Below are positions 34,631-42,920 of a DNA stretch of 64,000 nucleotides, in pieces. Both the position numbers and the translations under genes were made by a program. The notes beneath the pieces are model-generated. The model made no database searches, was not told the origin of the DNA, and saw nothing but the letters and a program-made list of their open reading frames with translations. The DNA lies in the IMG/VR virus record IMGVR_UViG_3300034358_000008, positions 1-64,000 of that record, one strand, 5' to 3'. Numbering within the stretch: the stretch's first letter is position 1; each line of letters opens with the position of its first letter.

Positions 34631-35140
34631 ATGTCACTACCTACCCTGCCGACCGTAACACTAAACTGCAAGAAAATCGACCACGAAAAACTCTACGATC
34701 ACTTCGAAAAGAAACAAGACGAAGGCCGGTGGGATAAATACAATACGGATATGTTGACATTCGTTAACTATCTGTGGAATCGTCAACTGGGTTCCGTTGT
34801 GGCTATGTCGCACAGCGGTATTGGAGAAGACGTTTCCAATGGCTTCATTCAGTTCATCTGCGACCATCCGGTAATGATGAATGATCTGATCTCAGAGTTG
34901 TCTACTGTACGTGATATTACATCACGCGCATCTCAGCCAACCATCGAGATCCGTTCCAAGTCATTGCCACGGGACATTGATATTCCGGGTATCCACTCGC
35001 ACATCACTGTGATGTTCCGTACACCTCGGTTCCGTTCTCGTAACGAAGCCAGTGCATGGTGGTCAACGCTCGCTGGTAAAGTGACCCAATCCTATGAAAC
35101 TAATATAGGAGACGGTCATGTTGAGAGCCGTGTTGCTTAA
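34631..35140 (+). CDS. Degenerate paralog of 34144-34629
   Basis: GSVVAMSHSG..G(F/Y)I and RT..FR.....A.WW..L shared. Confidence 0.5.
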   Translation: MSLPTLPTVTLNCKKIDHEKLYDHFEKKQDEGRWDKYNTDMLTFVNYLWNRQLGSVVAMSHSGIGEDVSNGFIQFICDHPVMMNDLISELSTVRDITSRASQPTIEIRSKSLPRDIDIPGIHSHITVMFRTPRFRSRNEASAWWSTLAGKVTQSYETNIGDGHVESRVA

Positions 35141-35537
35141 AGGTAATCCAAGGTTCGTCAAGACTGACCTAGCCTTAGAATACTACAACGATATCACCCA
35201 GTTCGTTGAAGAACTCGGTGTAAGCGTTACAGACGATCCAGAAGCTTTGGATAGTGCAGACATCATCATTGCCCATGGCAAAGCTGTAACTCGTCTAGGT
35301 GACACTGGCGTGGTTCCAGTTGTTCGTCTGGGACATCCTGATGGCGTATGTCATCCTAAAGATTACGACTGGCAATGTAATGGACAAAAGGGTATACCGC
35401 CTGATGAACATTTGATCCTGACTGCTGACCAGAAATTGGCGATGCAAGAAAAGATCGAGTTTCTCAAACGGGCAACAACCCCAGCGGTAGCTGTAGAGTC
35501 ACGTCAGGCCTCCTCACGGCGCCCTGGAGTGCGTTAA
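35118..35537 (+). CDS. Possible virion protein
   Basis: C-terminal AVES fits a phiKZ head-protease S/A/G-x-E site. Confidence 0.4.
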   Translation: MLRAVLLKGNPRFVKTDLALEYYNDITQFVEELGVSVTDDPEALDSADIIIAHGKAVTRLGDTGVVPVVRLGHPDGVCHPKDYDWQCNGQKGIPPDEHLILTADQKLAMQEKIEFLKRATTPAVAVESRQASSRRPGVR

Positions 35538-35539
35538 GG

Positions 35540-35881
35540 ATGTCACTGGTAAACGTCATGCAGTTCTGCAAAACGATCTCTCAGGAGTCTCATGGGAGCT
35601 ATACGGTAGATGAGCTAATAGAGTACGCTAAAGGTAAACCTGTAACTTCGGTTGATCTTGAAGAACTCCGTTGGCAGTATCCACATGATCGTATCAGCAA
35701 GAAGCGTCTTGACCGAATAGTCATAGACGGTTTCCCTATCATCGTTATGCGAGATGCTGATGGTACACTTAAGACACTCGATGGGTTCCATCGCGCTTAC
35801 AAGGCTATAAAGGAAGGTCGTAAGACTATCCAAGCTGTACTGATTACAGAAGCTGATCTAAGAAAGCTACGATCACGCTAA
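35540..35881 (+). CDS. ParB/Srx-like N-terminal domain protein
   Basis: PIIV......TLDGFHRAYKA signature. Confidence 0.75.
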   Translation: MSLVNVMQFCKTISQESHGSYTVDELIEYAKGKPVTSVDLEELRWQYPHDRISKKRLDRIVIDGFPIIVMRDADGTLKTLDGFHRAYKAIKEGRKTIQAVLITEADLRKLRSR

Positions 35882-35931
35882 CACGTCATAAAGCCCCTAC
35901 CTTCGGGTAGGGGTATTATGCTGTTTCTTTT

Positions 35932-36309
35932 TTATTTCATTGTACGCTGAGTACGGAGCAGTTCGCGTGCACGAACCCACATCTTCTGGAACAGGTCTTT
36001 ACGTTGACGGATGACCTGATTGCCGCCACGGACAATATCAGTTGTTTCAATTTCAGGGTTATTCCGTGCTTCGTCCATCAAGTCATGCATGTGCTTTAGT
36101 GTAATGACTTGGTTCTCTTCGGTTAGCTGCGGATACAATCGATCGTATTCATCTGCGTAATCGAAGTCACGCGTAATACGGTAACCTACTGTACCGATGT
36201 CGATACGAAAGAAGCCACGGTAAGCATGGAAGCCTCCACCGATACGCCACATTTCATCACCGGGTTTGTTTACAAGCTTCTCTATTTTGAACTGAGGTAG
36301 TTTCATGTT
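35932..36309 (-). CDS. Hypothetical protein
   Basis: Probable start MKLPQFK behind an AGGTG SD. Confidence 0.6.
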   Translation of the reverse strand, partial: NMKLPQFKIEKLVNKPGDEMWRIGGGFHAYRGFFRIDIGTVGYRITRDFDYADEYDRLYPQLTEENQVITLKHMHDLMDEARNNPEIETTDIVRGGNQVIRQRKDLFQKMWVRARELLRTQRTMK

Positions 36310-36313
36310 ACAC

Positions 36314-37198
36314 CTATTTGAGGAAAGTCCCACAGGAAGCCTGTACATCTGTACCGACACGCGGGATTAGTTTGACACGGCCTTCAGGCAAGCGTCGTTT
36401 GATATAGCGGTAAAGGTAATCGATCTGACCGAATACAGGTTCACGTGACAGGTGTCCCTCTGGTGGATTGTAGCGAACGATATTCCAGTTAACGTCTAGT
36501 TGATAACCATCGATCTCATCTAGAATACACTTGACGTCATGGAGTGTGTCATTCTCGTGTTCAATGAAAGCGTAATGGATCTTTGGAACTTTACCGGTGT
36601 GGAGCTGCCATTCTTTAAGTGCACTAAACGCATTACGTGGGTATTGGGCTTTAGGTAACCAACGCCGACGGAATCGTTCGTTAAGCGAATATACAGAGTA
36701 GTACAACTCAGGGTAAACCGTTGGATCTTGGAATACGTTTACTAGACCCCTGTTACCGAACTCCTCAGGGAAGATAGTCGAGATCAGGAATTTAGCTTCC
36801 AATCCGTATGCAGCTGCACGTTCTTTCAACCCACGCAGAATCAAGTCAGCATTAGCTAAGAAGATCCTGTTGGCCAATGGTTCGCCACGCGCCATGAAAT
36901 TAAAGTGAACACGTTCAGCCGGATGTTTGGTAGCATAGTATGCCAATACTTCGTCCGCCTGCTGGAAATATTCCTCCACAGTGACGTCACGCAGATCAGT
37001 CTGTCCAGTGGCCGTCAACCAGCACATCCTACAAGCTTGCTTACAGCCCGTCTGAGAGCTTAAGTAAACAATGAAGTACTCGTCTGTCCTTCTTACATAA
37101 CGTGCCTCCAATCGTCCCCTGTGATCTTCAAAGACATGTTCGAAGTTAACGGATTGGTCTAATTGCGAATGGTGTTCTTTAAAGATCAGCTGGGTCAT
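36314..37198 (-). CDS. RlmN/Cfr-like radical SAM protein lacking the N-terminal domain
   Basis: SSQTGCKQACRMC (CxxxCxxC), FMARGEPLAN (cf. MGMGEP), ENDT, RYNP and C-terminal ASCG (cf. AACG). Confidence 0.85.
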   Translation of the reverse strand: MTQLIFKEHHSQLDQSVNFEHVFEDHRGRLEARYVRRTDEYFIVYLSSQTGCKQACRMCWLTATGQTDLRDVTVEEYFQQADEVLAYYATKHPAERVHFNFMARGEPLANRIFLANADLILRGLKERAAAYGLEAKFLISTIFPEEFGNRGLVNVFQDPTVYPELYYSVYSLNERFRRRWLPKAQYPRNAFSALKEWQLHTGKVPKIHYAFIEHENDTLHDVKCILDEIDGYQLDVNWNIVRYNPPEGHLSREPVFGQIDYLYRYIKRRLPEGRVKLIPRVGTDVQASCGTFLK

Positions 37199-37208
37199 GG
37201 TAGGTCCT

Positions 37209-37853
37209 TTAGTATTTATAAGGTGCTTGGGTTGAAAGCTCTTCTAGAGTTTGGTAAGTAGCCAACCAATCGGTAGGCCAGCCTTGAGCGAGTTCGTATA
37301 ACCGATCTAACAGAGCTTCCCAATCGTAACTTCGACCAGGGAGATATTCTACGAATAGCTGTGCCATACCGCCTGTCCGTAAAGTTACTTCCTTACTGAT
37401 CTCATCCATTCGTTCCCAATGAGCGTTAAGGTCTTTACTCTTCCAAGCAACGAATACATCGAAGTCATTGTAACTACATTCGTAGAAGTCTTGCGACAGG
37501 TCACCAATCAAACAACCGATGTCATAACGGGCTTTCTCTTTAATAGCCTCGTCAGTACGGAGAGATGGTACTTCTATCTTAATCTTGAATTTACCAATGT
37601 TGTACAACGTGATGATAACATTGACGTGACGTTCGCCTTTGGTGTTAACCCACAGGGAATAAACGACGTCGTGTGCATTGAGCATCTTATCCAGTTCACG
37701 TCGGACTATGTTTCGGAACGGTACTTGGTTAAGGTACTGGTGACGCTTAGCTATTAAAGATAGTTCTTTAGAGAAAGTTGTAACCCATTCATCAACGCTT
37801 GGATTGAAGCGACTCTTAACATGAACATGCGCGATAAAATCATGTAGGTACAT
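37209..37853 (-). CDS. Hypothetical protein
   Basis: 214-aa ORF with GAGG SD, upstream of the radical SAM gene. Confidence 0.7.
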   Translation of the reverse strand: MYLHDFIAHVHVKSRFNPSVDEWVTTFSKELSLIAKRHQYLNQVPFRNIVRRELDKMLNAHDVVYSLWVNTKGERHVNVIITLYNIGKFKIKIEVPSLRTDEAIKEKARYDIGCLIGDLSQDFYECSYNDFDVFVAWKSKDLNAHWERMDEISKEVTLRTGGMAQLFVEYLPGRSYDWEALLDRLYELAQGWPTDWLATYQTLEELSTQAPYKY

Positions 37854-37921
37854 AGGAACCTCGGATAGTAGTGGTCTACACTATCTACCATACAAGTATT
37901 TATTGGAACCTATTATAGCCC

Positions 37922-37929
37922 TATATTAC
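37922..37929 (+). promoter_or_regulatory. Early promoter motif TATATTAC
   Basis: Exact motif in a divergent gap. Confidence 0.7.
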
Positions 37930-37961
37930 TCTTGTGAATATCAACCCAAAAGGACTTTGAC

Positions 37962-38486
37962 ATGTCTAAAAGTAATTCGAAAGTAAACTGTGTGTTCTAT
38001 GGTTTCATCGGTGTGTTGTTAGCATTTGCTGCTGTCTGTCTCGTTATGGCTATTGCTGGCGTTCTAACTCGCCCAGTGTATGCCTCTGAAATGAAAACTG
38101 AACAGTATGAGGTGCTCTATAAGCTTCCCAAAGAGGAAGTCAAGATCACCAAAGAAGTATGTGACACTGTGACTCAATCGGCTGCCTGGATTAAAGGCAT
38201 GATCAATAAAGGTTACGATGATGATGCGATTAGTGAGAAACTGTCTGAAGCAGCTCTGGCTAATCTGGGTGATCGTAACGGTTGGATTGCCTACTACATG
38301 CTGGTTGATCCAAAGGCTTTGGCTAACATGCGTGAATGGCCTACAGAAGCCTCTTACCAGTGGATGCAACAGAAGTACCCTACCATGAATGGTGGTGAGT
38401 ACTATCAGGTATACGCCGGTGGTAAATGCGATCAATTGATCGGTAAGATTGTGAAGGTGCATCAGGTAAAGAAGCTTGATGATTAA
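37962..38486 (+). CDS. Putative exported or membrane-anchored protein
   Basis: N-terminal hydrophobic segment; two Cys in the mature region. Confidence 0.65.
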   Translation: MSKSNSKVNCVFYGFIGVLLAFAAVCLVMAIAGVLTRPVYASEMKTEQYEVLYKLPKEEVKITKEVCDTVTQSAAWIKGMINKGYDDDAISEKLSEAALANLGDRNGWIAYYMLVDPKALANMREWPTEASYQWMQQKYPTMNGGEYYQVYAGGKCDQLIGKIVKVHQVKKLDD

Positions 38487-38538
38487 CGTCATATTGCCCT
38501 CACCTTCGGGTGGGGGCAATATGTTCTATTTTTTTTGC

Positions 38539-38934
38539 TTAGCTCAGCGAGCCAATCAATTTATCCCCTAGGAATAACTGTAACATGTAACCGTTCCAAG
38601 TCCTGACAGATGGTTTCCAGTATGATCGGTGATTAGAACCACCCATTGCGTCACTTGCACTATGTACTCGCCATTTACCCATCAATGTGTCTTCAAGCAT
38701 TACCCGCATTTGTTCACGGGTACGCGTGCAATCTCCCAGAAGGTTTTCACGAGTATATACTTCGGCTTCCATTAGGTACAGGTTAATGAGATCTTGCGGT
38801 GGTTGCATAACCTGGTCAGCTATGGATAGACTCCGAGCCGTTACCTTTTGCACATTCTTCAGTGCGCTCTCAGCAGCTTTACGTTCACCGTGCATACGAG
38901 CAATGTTGTTCTTAAGTGTTTCTAGTTTACGCAT
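38539..38934 (-). CDS. Hypothetical coiled-coil protein (true start probably 38934)
   Basis: GAGGA SD before MRKLETLK; the longer listed ORF runs through a terminator. Confidence 0.65.
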   Translation of the reverse strand: MRKLETLKNNIARMHGERKAAESALKNVQKVTARSLSIADQVMQPPQDLINLYLMEAEVYTRENLLGDCTRTREQMRVMLEDTLMGKWRVHSASDAMGGSNHRSYWKPSVRTWNGYMLQLFLGDKLIGSLS

Positions 38935-38960
38935 TGTATTTTCCTCTAAGACGGAATAGA

Positions 38961-39246
38961 ACCCTACCCGAAGGTAGGGTCTAAGGACGAGTTTACTGTT
39001 TCGCTTCAGCCCATGATACCTTGGGGAAGGGTGCTCTAATATCATCGAGTAGATGGACCTAGTGCCTGAGTCGTCAGGTGTTCAGTCTATTCGGGGTACG
39101 GGCCTTCGACTTTCCTGATACTCTCTTATTCCGACTTGTCAGAGAGCGTCACGGGACATTATTTAATCTCAACTACCTACAGTCTGTGGCCCTAGTCTGA
39201 GGGGATTGGGGGCAAGTAGTTGGAAGAGCAGGACTGTTAGTCTTAC
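38961..39246 (-). ncRNA. Candidate structured ncRNA (about 270-285 nt including the terminator)
   Basis: Starts at the ATAGTATGTA motif, has several stems, and ends at a cUUCGg terminator (38961-38980). Confidence 0.65.
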
Positions 39247-39249
39247 ATA

Positions 39250-41160
39250 CTATCGTGACCAGAGTATTTCTTTCCACTCGTCCGGTAGTTTGTTCATCAG
39301 GTCCTCTACAGTTTGACTCTGGATAAACTGTTTCTGGAGTTGATGATACCTCCAACCCTGAACGGTTTCATATCGAATATCATCGGCGTTATTAGAAGCG
39401 ATATAACCCTTGATCACGTGTAAATCATCACGTGTTTCTTTGTCCCATATCGGTACTATAATTACCGTACCCTTGTACTCTTGATAGAAAGCTAGATCTT
39501 TCAGCAAGTAAACTTTCACCTTACAGTCCGTGTGATAATCTACTACCGAATTGTAGTGCTTAATGAGTTCCAATGCCGCGGGGAACAGCATAGCTAATTC
39601 CTTGGACTGCCTTTGTTCAAGTTCCCATTGCATTACAGTTGTAACAGTTTCGTCAGACAACTCAAGTTTGACTGGGTACGATTGACCACATGAGCAATAA
39701 GTGTAAATAAGCTTATTACCTGTTACCCAGATATCGCCCGATTGTTGGGCATGTAACTGGAGACTACCGTCCGCATCTTCAACGAAGTATTCCTTTTCGG
39801 GATTAAATGCAATTACAGGTGACGCTGGATTAGCGTGGATATAACGTGAAAGAATGCTTTGATCTAATACCATGATGTTTGCCTATGTGAAGTTGTCGTA
39901 GTGTGTCTCACCCGACTTCATTAGATTATCAATGTGAGTACTATTTATCCAAAGACCGCTCTAGCAGCCGCTTCGCTTGATTGCAGTTCACCGCAGTAGT
40001 TACTATACCTGCCAGTAGCAGGATCAAAGCGGAGTTGATCTGTTTTCTTAGGACCGATTGTGATTACCAGTTTCTCGCAGGCTTCGCGGAAACTGAGTGC
40101 TGTTTCTCGACCTATTAGACTAGGTGGTTCATGGTTACCATTATCACGCCAACCAACGGACCAGATCTCAAACTCCCGTGGACGAAGGATATGGTCACGG
40201 CACTCTTTAAGGACGGACATGATCTGATCAAAGTCTTCATAGCCTAAAGCTGTAGCATCACGAACAAATGCACGTTGTGAATGGCCATCAGTCACTAGTT
40301 CGTCCAGAGCTTCTGACTTCTCAATCAAGACGCCTTTGTTATAAAGGATAGCGAGGTCGTTCCACTTCATCCATTCACCCTGTGGGTCCTCTGTGAGCTT
40401 CCCAGTGGGTGGTGGAGCATGTCGGTCAACGATGATACCGATTGGTTTAGATGTATAACGTTTAATAAGAGTTAGGGCTGACATTAGTCTACCTGTATGC
40501 TGATGTAGATCTTGGTTGATCCGGCGTAGATGATATCGTCATTGGTGTACTGTCCAGCCGATACTGGTTTAGATCCAATCACTACGTGATAGTTATCATT
40601 CTTGAAGTTCTTTATAAATCGACAAACCTTGTGTCGTATGTATACGCGACATTTAGTCGATAGCCTAGGGAATTCCTTAGCTATGATCCGATCCATTGTA
40701 CGGTGGTAATCTTGCATGGTCACCTCACAACGTGCACCGCTTGGCTAAAATTTCAGGGGTCATCTTTTGAGCTTCATGTTCGCGAGCGGCACGTTCATTG
40801 AATAGTCGACTACGTTCAGCATGTTGGGCTAAACGTTCTTCTCGGGTAGGGGCAATACGTTGAAGGATCTTTTCCAATAGGTTTTCTGAAAGCATGGTAA
40901 CCTCAATGGCACATGTTAGAACCGACTGTATGGCATTCGCACATACAGATCTTTCTTTTGGCTGTACCGACTTCAACATGATGGTAGATAGGGTATCGTT
41001 GTTCCCGACTATAGATCCACTTACCTAGTTCAGAAGTAGTATCTTCTACAGCAACCAACTTAGCGGACTCGCCATAGTTCTGCTGAAGAAATGTTTCCTT
41101 TACCGTACCATCAGTATTGATGTATTTCTGGTAAGTGTTATCACAGCATGGCTGGCACAT
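39250..41160 (-). other. Minus-strand hypothetical CDS (39250-39873, 39945-40484, 40484-40723, 40725-40895, 40903-41160)
   Basis: Coupled ORFs with GAGG SD motifs. Confidence 0.65.
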
Positions 41161-41223
41161 GGATTAATCCTCAATTAGTTAACTATAGGTCTAGACTAGT
41201 GGGTAATCTTTGAGACGGCATAA

Positions 41224-41554
41224 AGCCAGCCCGAAGGCTAGCTCGTACCAATCGACTACTTTTTGTAAGGCGCGGTCTTATTAGCGCTCCCTTGTACATG
41301 AGACCATCATCGCTTCAGTAGATGGAGGGATCTCAAGTAAACAGTTCGGTTGCGCGACGCAACCTATTTCTAACAGCAGCCGGTCCTCCCGGTCATGGGG
41401 TTTGAACCCTTCCGTGTTAGCTGTATTGTACAATGTTCTCTCCGGTGGCTACGGGTCTTTTCCCTCATTCCTGAGGTCTAGGGTCTTCTCACGCTTACGA
41501 GGCGCTGTCACTATCGCAATCCACATGAACATTGTATTCCCGTGCACGGGAATT
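41224..41554 (-). ncRNA. Candidate structured ncRNA (about 310 nt) downstream of tRNA-Trp
   Basis: Several perfect stems, a T-loop-like arm, and a terminator at 41224-41243. Confidence 0.6.
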
Positions 41555-41630
41555 TGGCACGCACCCCAAGAGTCGAACTCGGAACCAACTGCTTTGGAGG
41601 CAGCTGCTCTGCCAGTTGAGCTAGGCACGT
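41555..41630 (-). tRNA. trnW: tRNA-Trp (CCA)
   Basis: 76-nt cloverleaf; anticodon loop CTCCAAA; T-loop TTCGACT; encoded CCA. Confidence 0.93.
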
Positions 41631-41641
41631 ATTAATTCTTT

Positions 41642-41651
41642 TACATACTAT
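41642..41651 (-). promoter_or_regulatory. ATAGTATGTA late-type (TATG) promoter motif
   Basis: Lies 11 nt upstream of tRNA-Trp; same 10-mer at 39244, 42878 and 51187. Confidence 0.65.
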
Positions 41652-41959
41652 TACTTAGCGAGTAAACTTTTCACGTAAGCTTCCCATTCAAACACTGTAA
41701 AGATAGTCCTGAGTAGGTCACACGTTGATACACCATTTACATAGTTGATATGTAAAGTCTTTAACGAGTGAGCTGGTGTGATGTATGTTAAATTGGAATC
41801 GTATATATCATGCTTCACCAACAACCCATTGCATACATTACCTCCTTCGCTACAGAGGTATGTGATATGATGCCGTCTCTCAACGCCGGTCTCTTCGCAA
41901 TCTGCAACTGCATGATTTGATATTGTAATCATGTCTCTTTTACAACATGGACACTTCAT
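41651..41959 (-). CDS. Small Cys-rich putative zinc-binding protein
   Basis: MKCPCCK...C...C....C pattern. Confidence 0.6.
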   Translation of the reverse strand: MKCPCCKRDMITISNHAVADCEETGVERRHHITYLCSEGGNVCNGLLVKHDIYDSNLTYITPAHSLKTLHINYVNGVSTCDLLRTIFTVFEWEAYVKSLLAK

Positions 41960-41971
41960 AGTAGGTAACCT

Positions 41972-42142
41972 TTAGATAGTACATCTGCGGTTAAGCATTT
42001 CTTCCGTAGGACGTTGCTGCTTAGCCATCAGTGACAGTTGACGAGTCATCAATACCGTACGCATACGGGAACGCCTTAGCCGTGTGGCTTCATCAGGACC
42101 CATAGCCAACCTAGCTTTTTCATACAGTGCTTCTACTGACAT
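41972..42142 (-). CDS. 56-aa basic protein, paralog of 40725-40895
   Basis: Same length; shared L.EK, P, RL and T.E.L..RCT motif. Confidence 0.65.
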   Translation of the reverse strand: MSVEALYEKARLAMGPDEATRLRRSRMRTVLMTRQLSLMAKQQRPTEEMLNRRCTI

Positions 42143-42199
42143 TTGAATAACCTTTAGGGAAAGACGGAATAAGAGAACCCCGAAGGGCTCTCTTAGAAT

Positions 42200-42275
42200 T
42201 GGCTCCATGACCTGGACTCGAACCAGGGACCACACCGTTAACAGCGGTGGGCTCTACCAACTGAGCTATCATGGA
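42200..42275 (-). tRNA. trnN: tRNA-Asn (GTT)
   Basis: 76-nt cloverleaf TCCATGA...TCATGGA-G-CCA; anticodon loop CTGTTAA. Confidence 0.95.
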
Positions 42276-42359
42276 ATGTAACTGGGTGATTCTCCTAACG
42301 CCGTAACGTTAAGTTAAGACAGCATTTACTCAGGCGCAGCCGCTGCAAGAATCATGTAA

Positions 42360-42524
42360 CTATGCTTGCTGTTCACGTTTGTCAAGTATGTACTCGGCAT
42401 CGTTCACAGCTTCTTTTAGAACTTGTTTATCTAGCTTCAGATTTTTCCAGCTAAGTCGAGAGCAACACTGACAGTCAGCTGGTCCGAAGTTATCCAATGG
42501 ACGTGGTTTGATTTTTACTTTCAT
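42360..42524 (-). CDS. 54-aa protein with a CxCC motif, inside the tRNA operon
   Basis: GAGGTG SD before MKVKIK. Confidence 0.6.
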   Translation of the reverse strand: MKVKIKPRPLDNFGPADCQCCSRLSWKNLKLDKQVLKEAVNDAEYILDKREQQA

Positions 42525-42717
42525 CAGACACCTCTTTGAATAGGTAGAATGTAATGTCACTTTAACCAGCGTAAGCTAATAGCCCTGTTAGATAGGCGGG
42601 CCGTCCGAATCAAGGGAGTTGAACCCAAGTTCTACATTACATTCATACAACTGGCGACGGGCACTGTTTAGACTCAGTGCACGGTCAAGCACGCTTGGGA
42701 GGCGACCGTCATTAAAA

Positions 42718-42802
42718 TGGTGGAGAGACAAGGATTCGAACCTTGGAAGAATTAACGCCGGATTTACAGTCCGGTCCCTTTGAGCCGCTCGGGAATCTCT
42801 CC
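42718..42802 (-). tRNA. trnY: tRNA-Tyr (GTA)
   Basis: 85-nt class II cloverleaf; anticodon loop CTGTAAA; GGTTCGAATCC; encoded CCA. Confidence 0.95.
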
Positions 42803-42877
42803 AGTAATAAGCGGGCACTTTCGATCACACTTAAGCAACCTAGTTATGCCCTAAATCTGGCGGACTTTGTATAGTCC

Positions 42878-42887
42878 TACATACTAT
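42878..42887 (-). promoter_or_regulatory. ATAGTATGTA late-type promoter motif of the tRNA-Tyr operon
   Basis: Same 10-mer; about 78-nt leader to tRNA-Tyr. Confidence 0.65.
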
Positions 42888-42920
42888 TGCAACAATTGTA
42901 TTCTTTTACAACGACTTACA

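Noticed and set aside
36319-36329. GAGGAAAGTCC, the RNase P RNA CR-I hallmark, on the + strand
   Set aside because: It lies within the last codons of the radical SAM gene on the minus strand (CGTFLK), and no P1-P4 or CR-V context is present.
39100-39125. CAGGAAAGTC (RNase P-like) in the 39-kb RNA candidate
   Set aside because: No matching P4 partner (CCCGGCUUA-like) at the right position, so it is not called RNase P.
41370-41395. TAACAGCAGCCGGTCC resembling a twister ribozyme
   Set aside because: The P4 loop and pseudoknot partners do not fit, and the TAACA is paired in another stem.
42670-42682. Amber (CUA) suppressor tRNA implying a recoded genome
   Set aside because: No complete cloverleaf; genes end normally in TAG, TAA and TGA, and conserved proteins are intact under code 11.
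42652-42717. Theta/HDV-like ribozyme behind tRNA-Tyr
   Set aside because: There is too little room for P2/P3/L3, and the element does not start at the tRNA 3' end.
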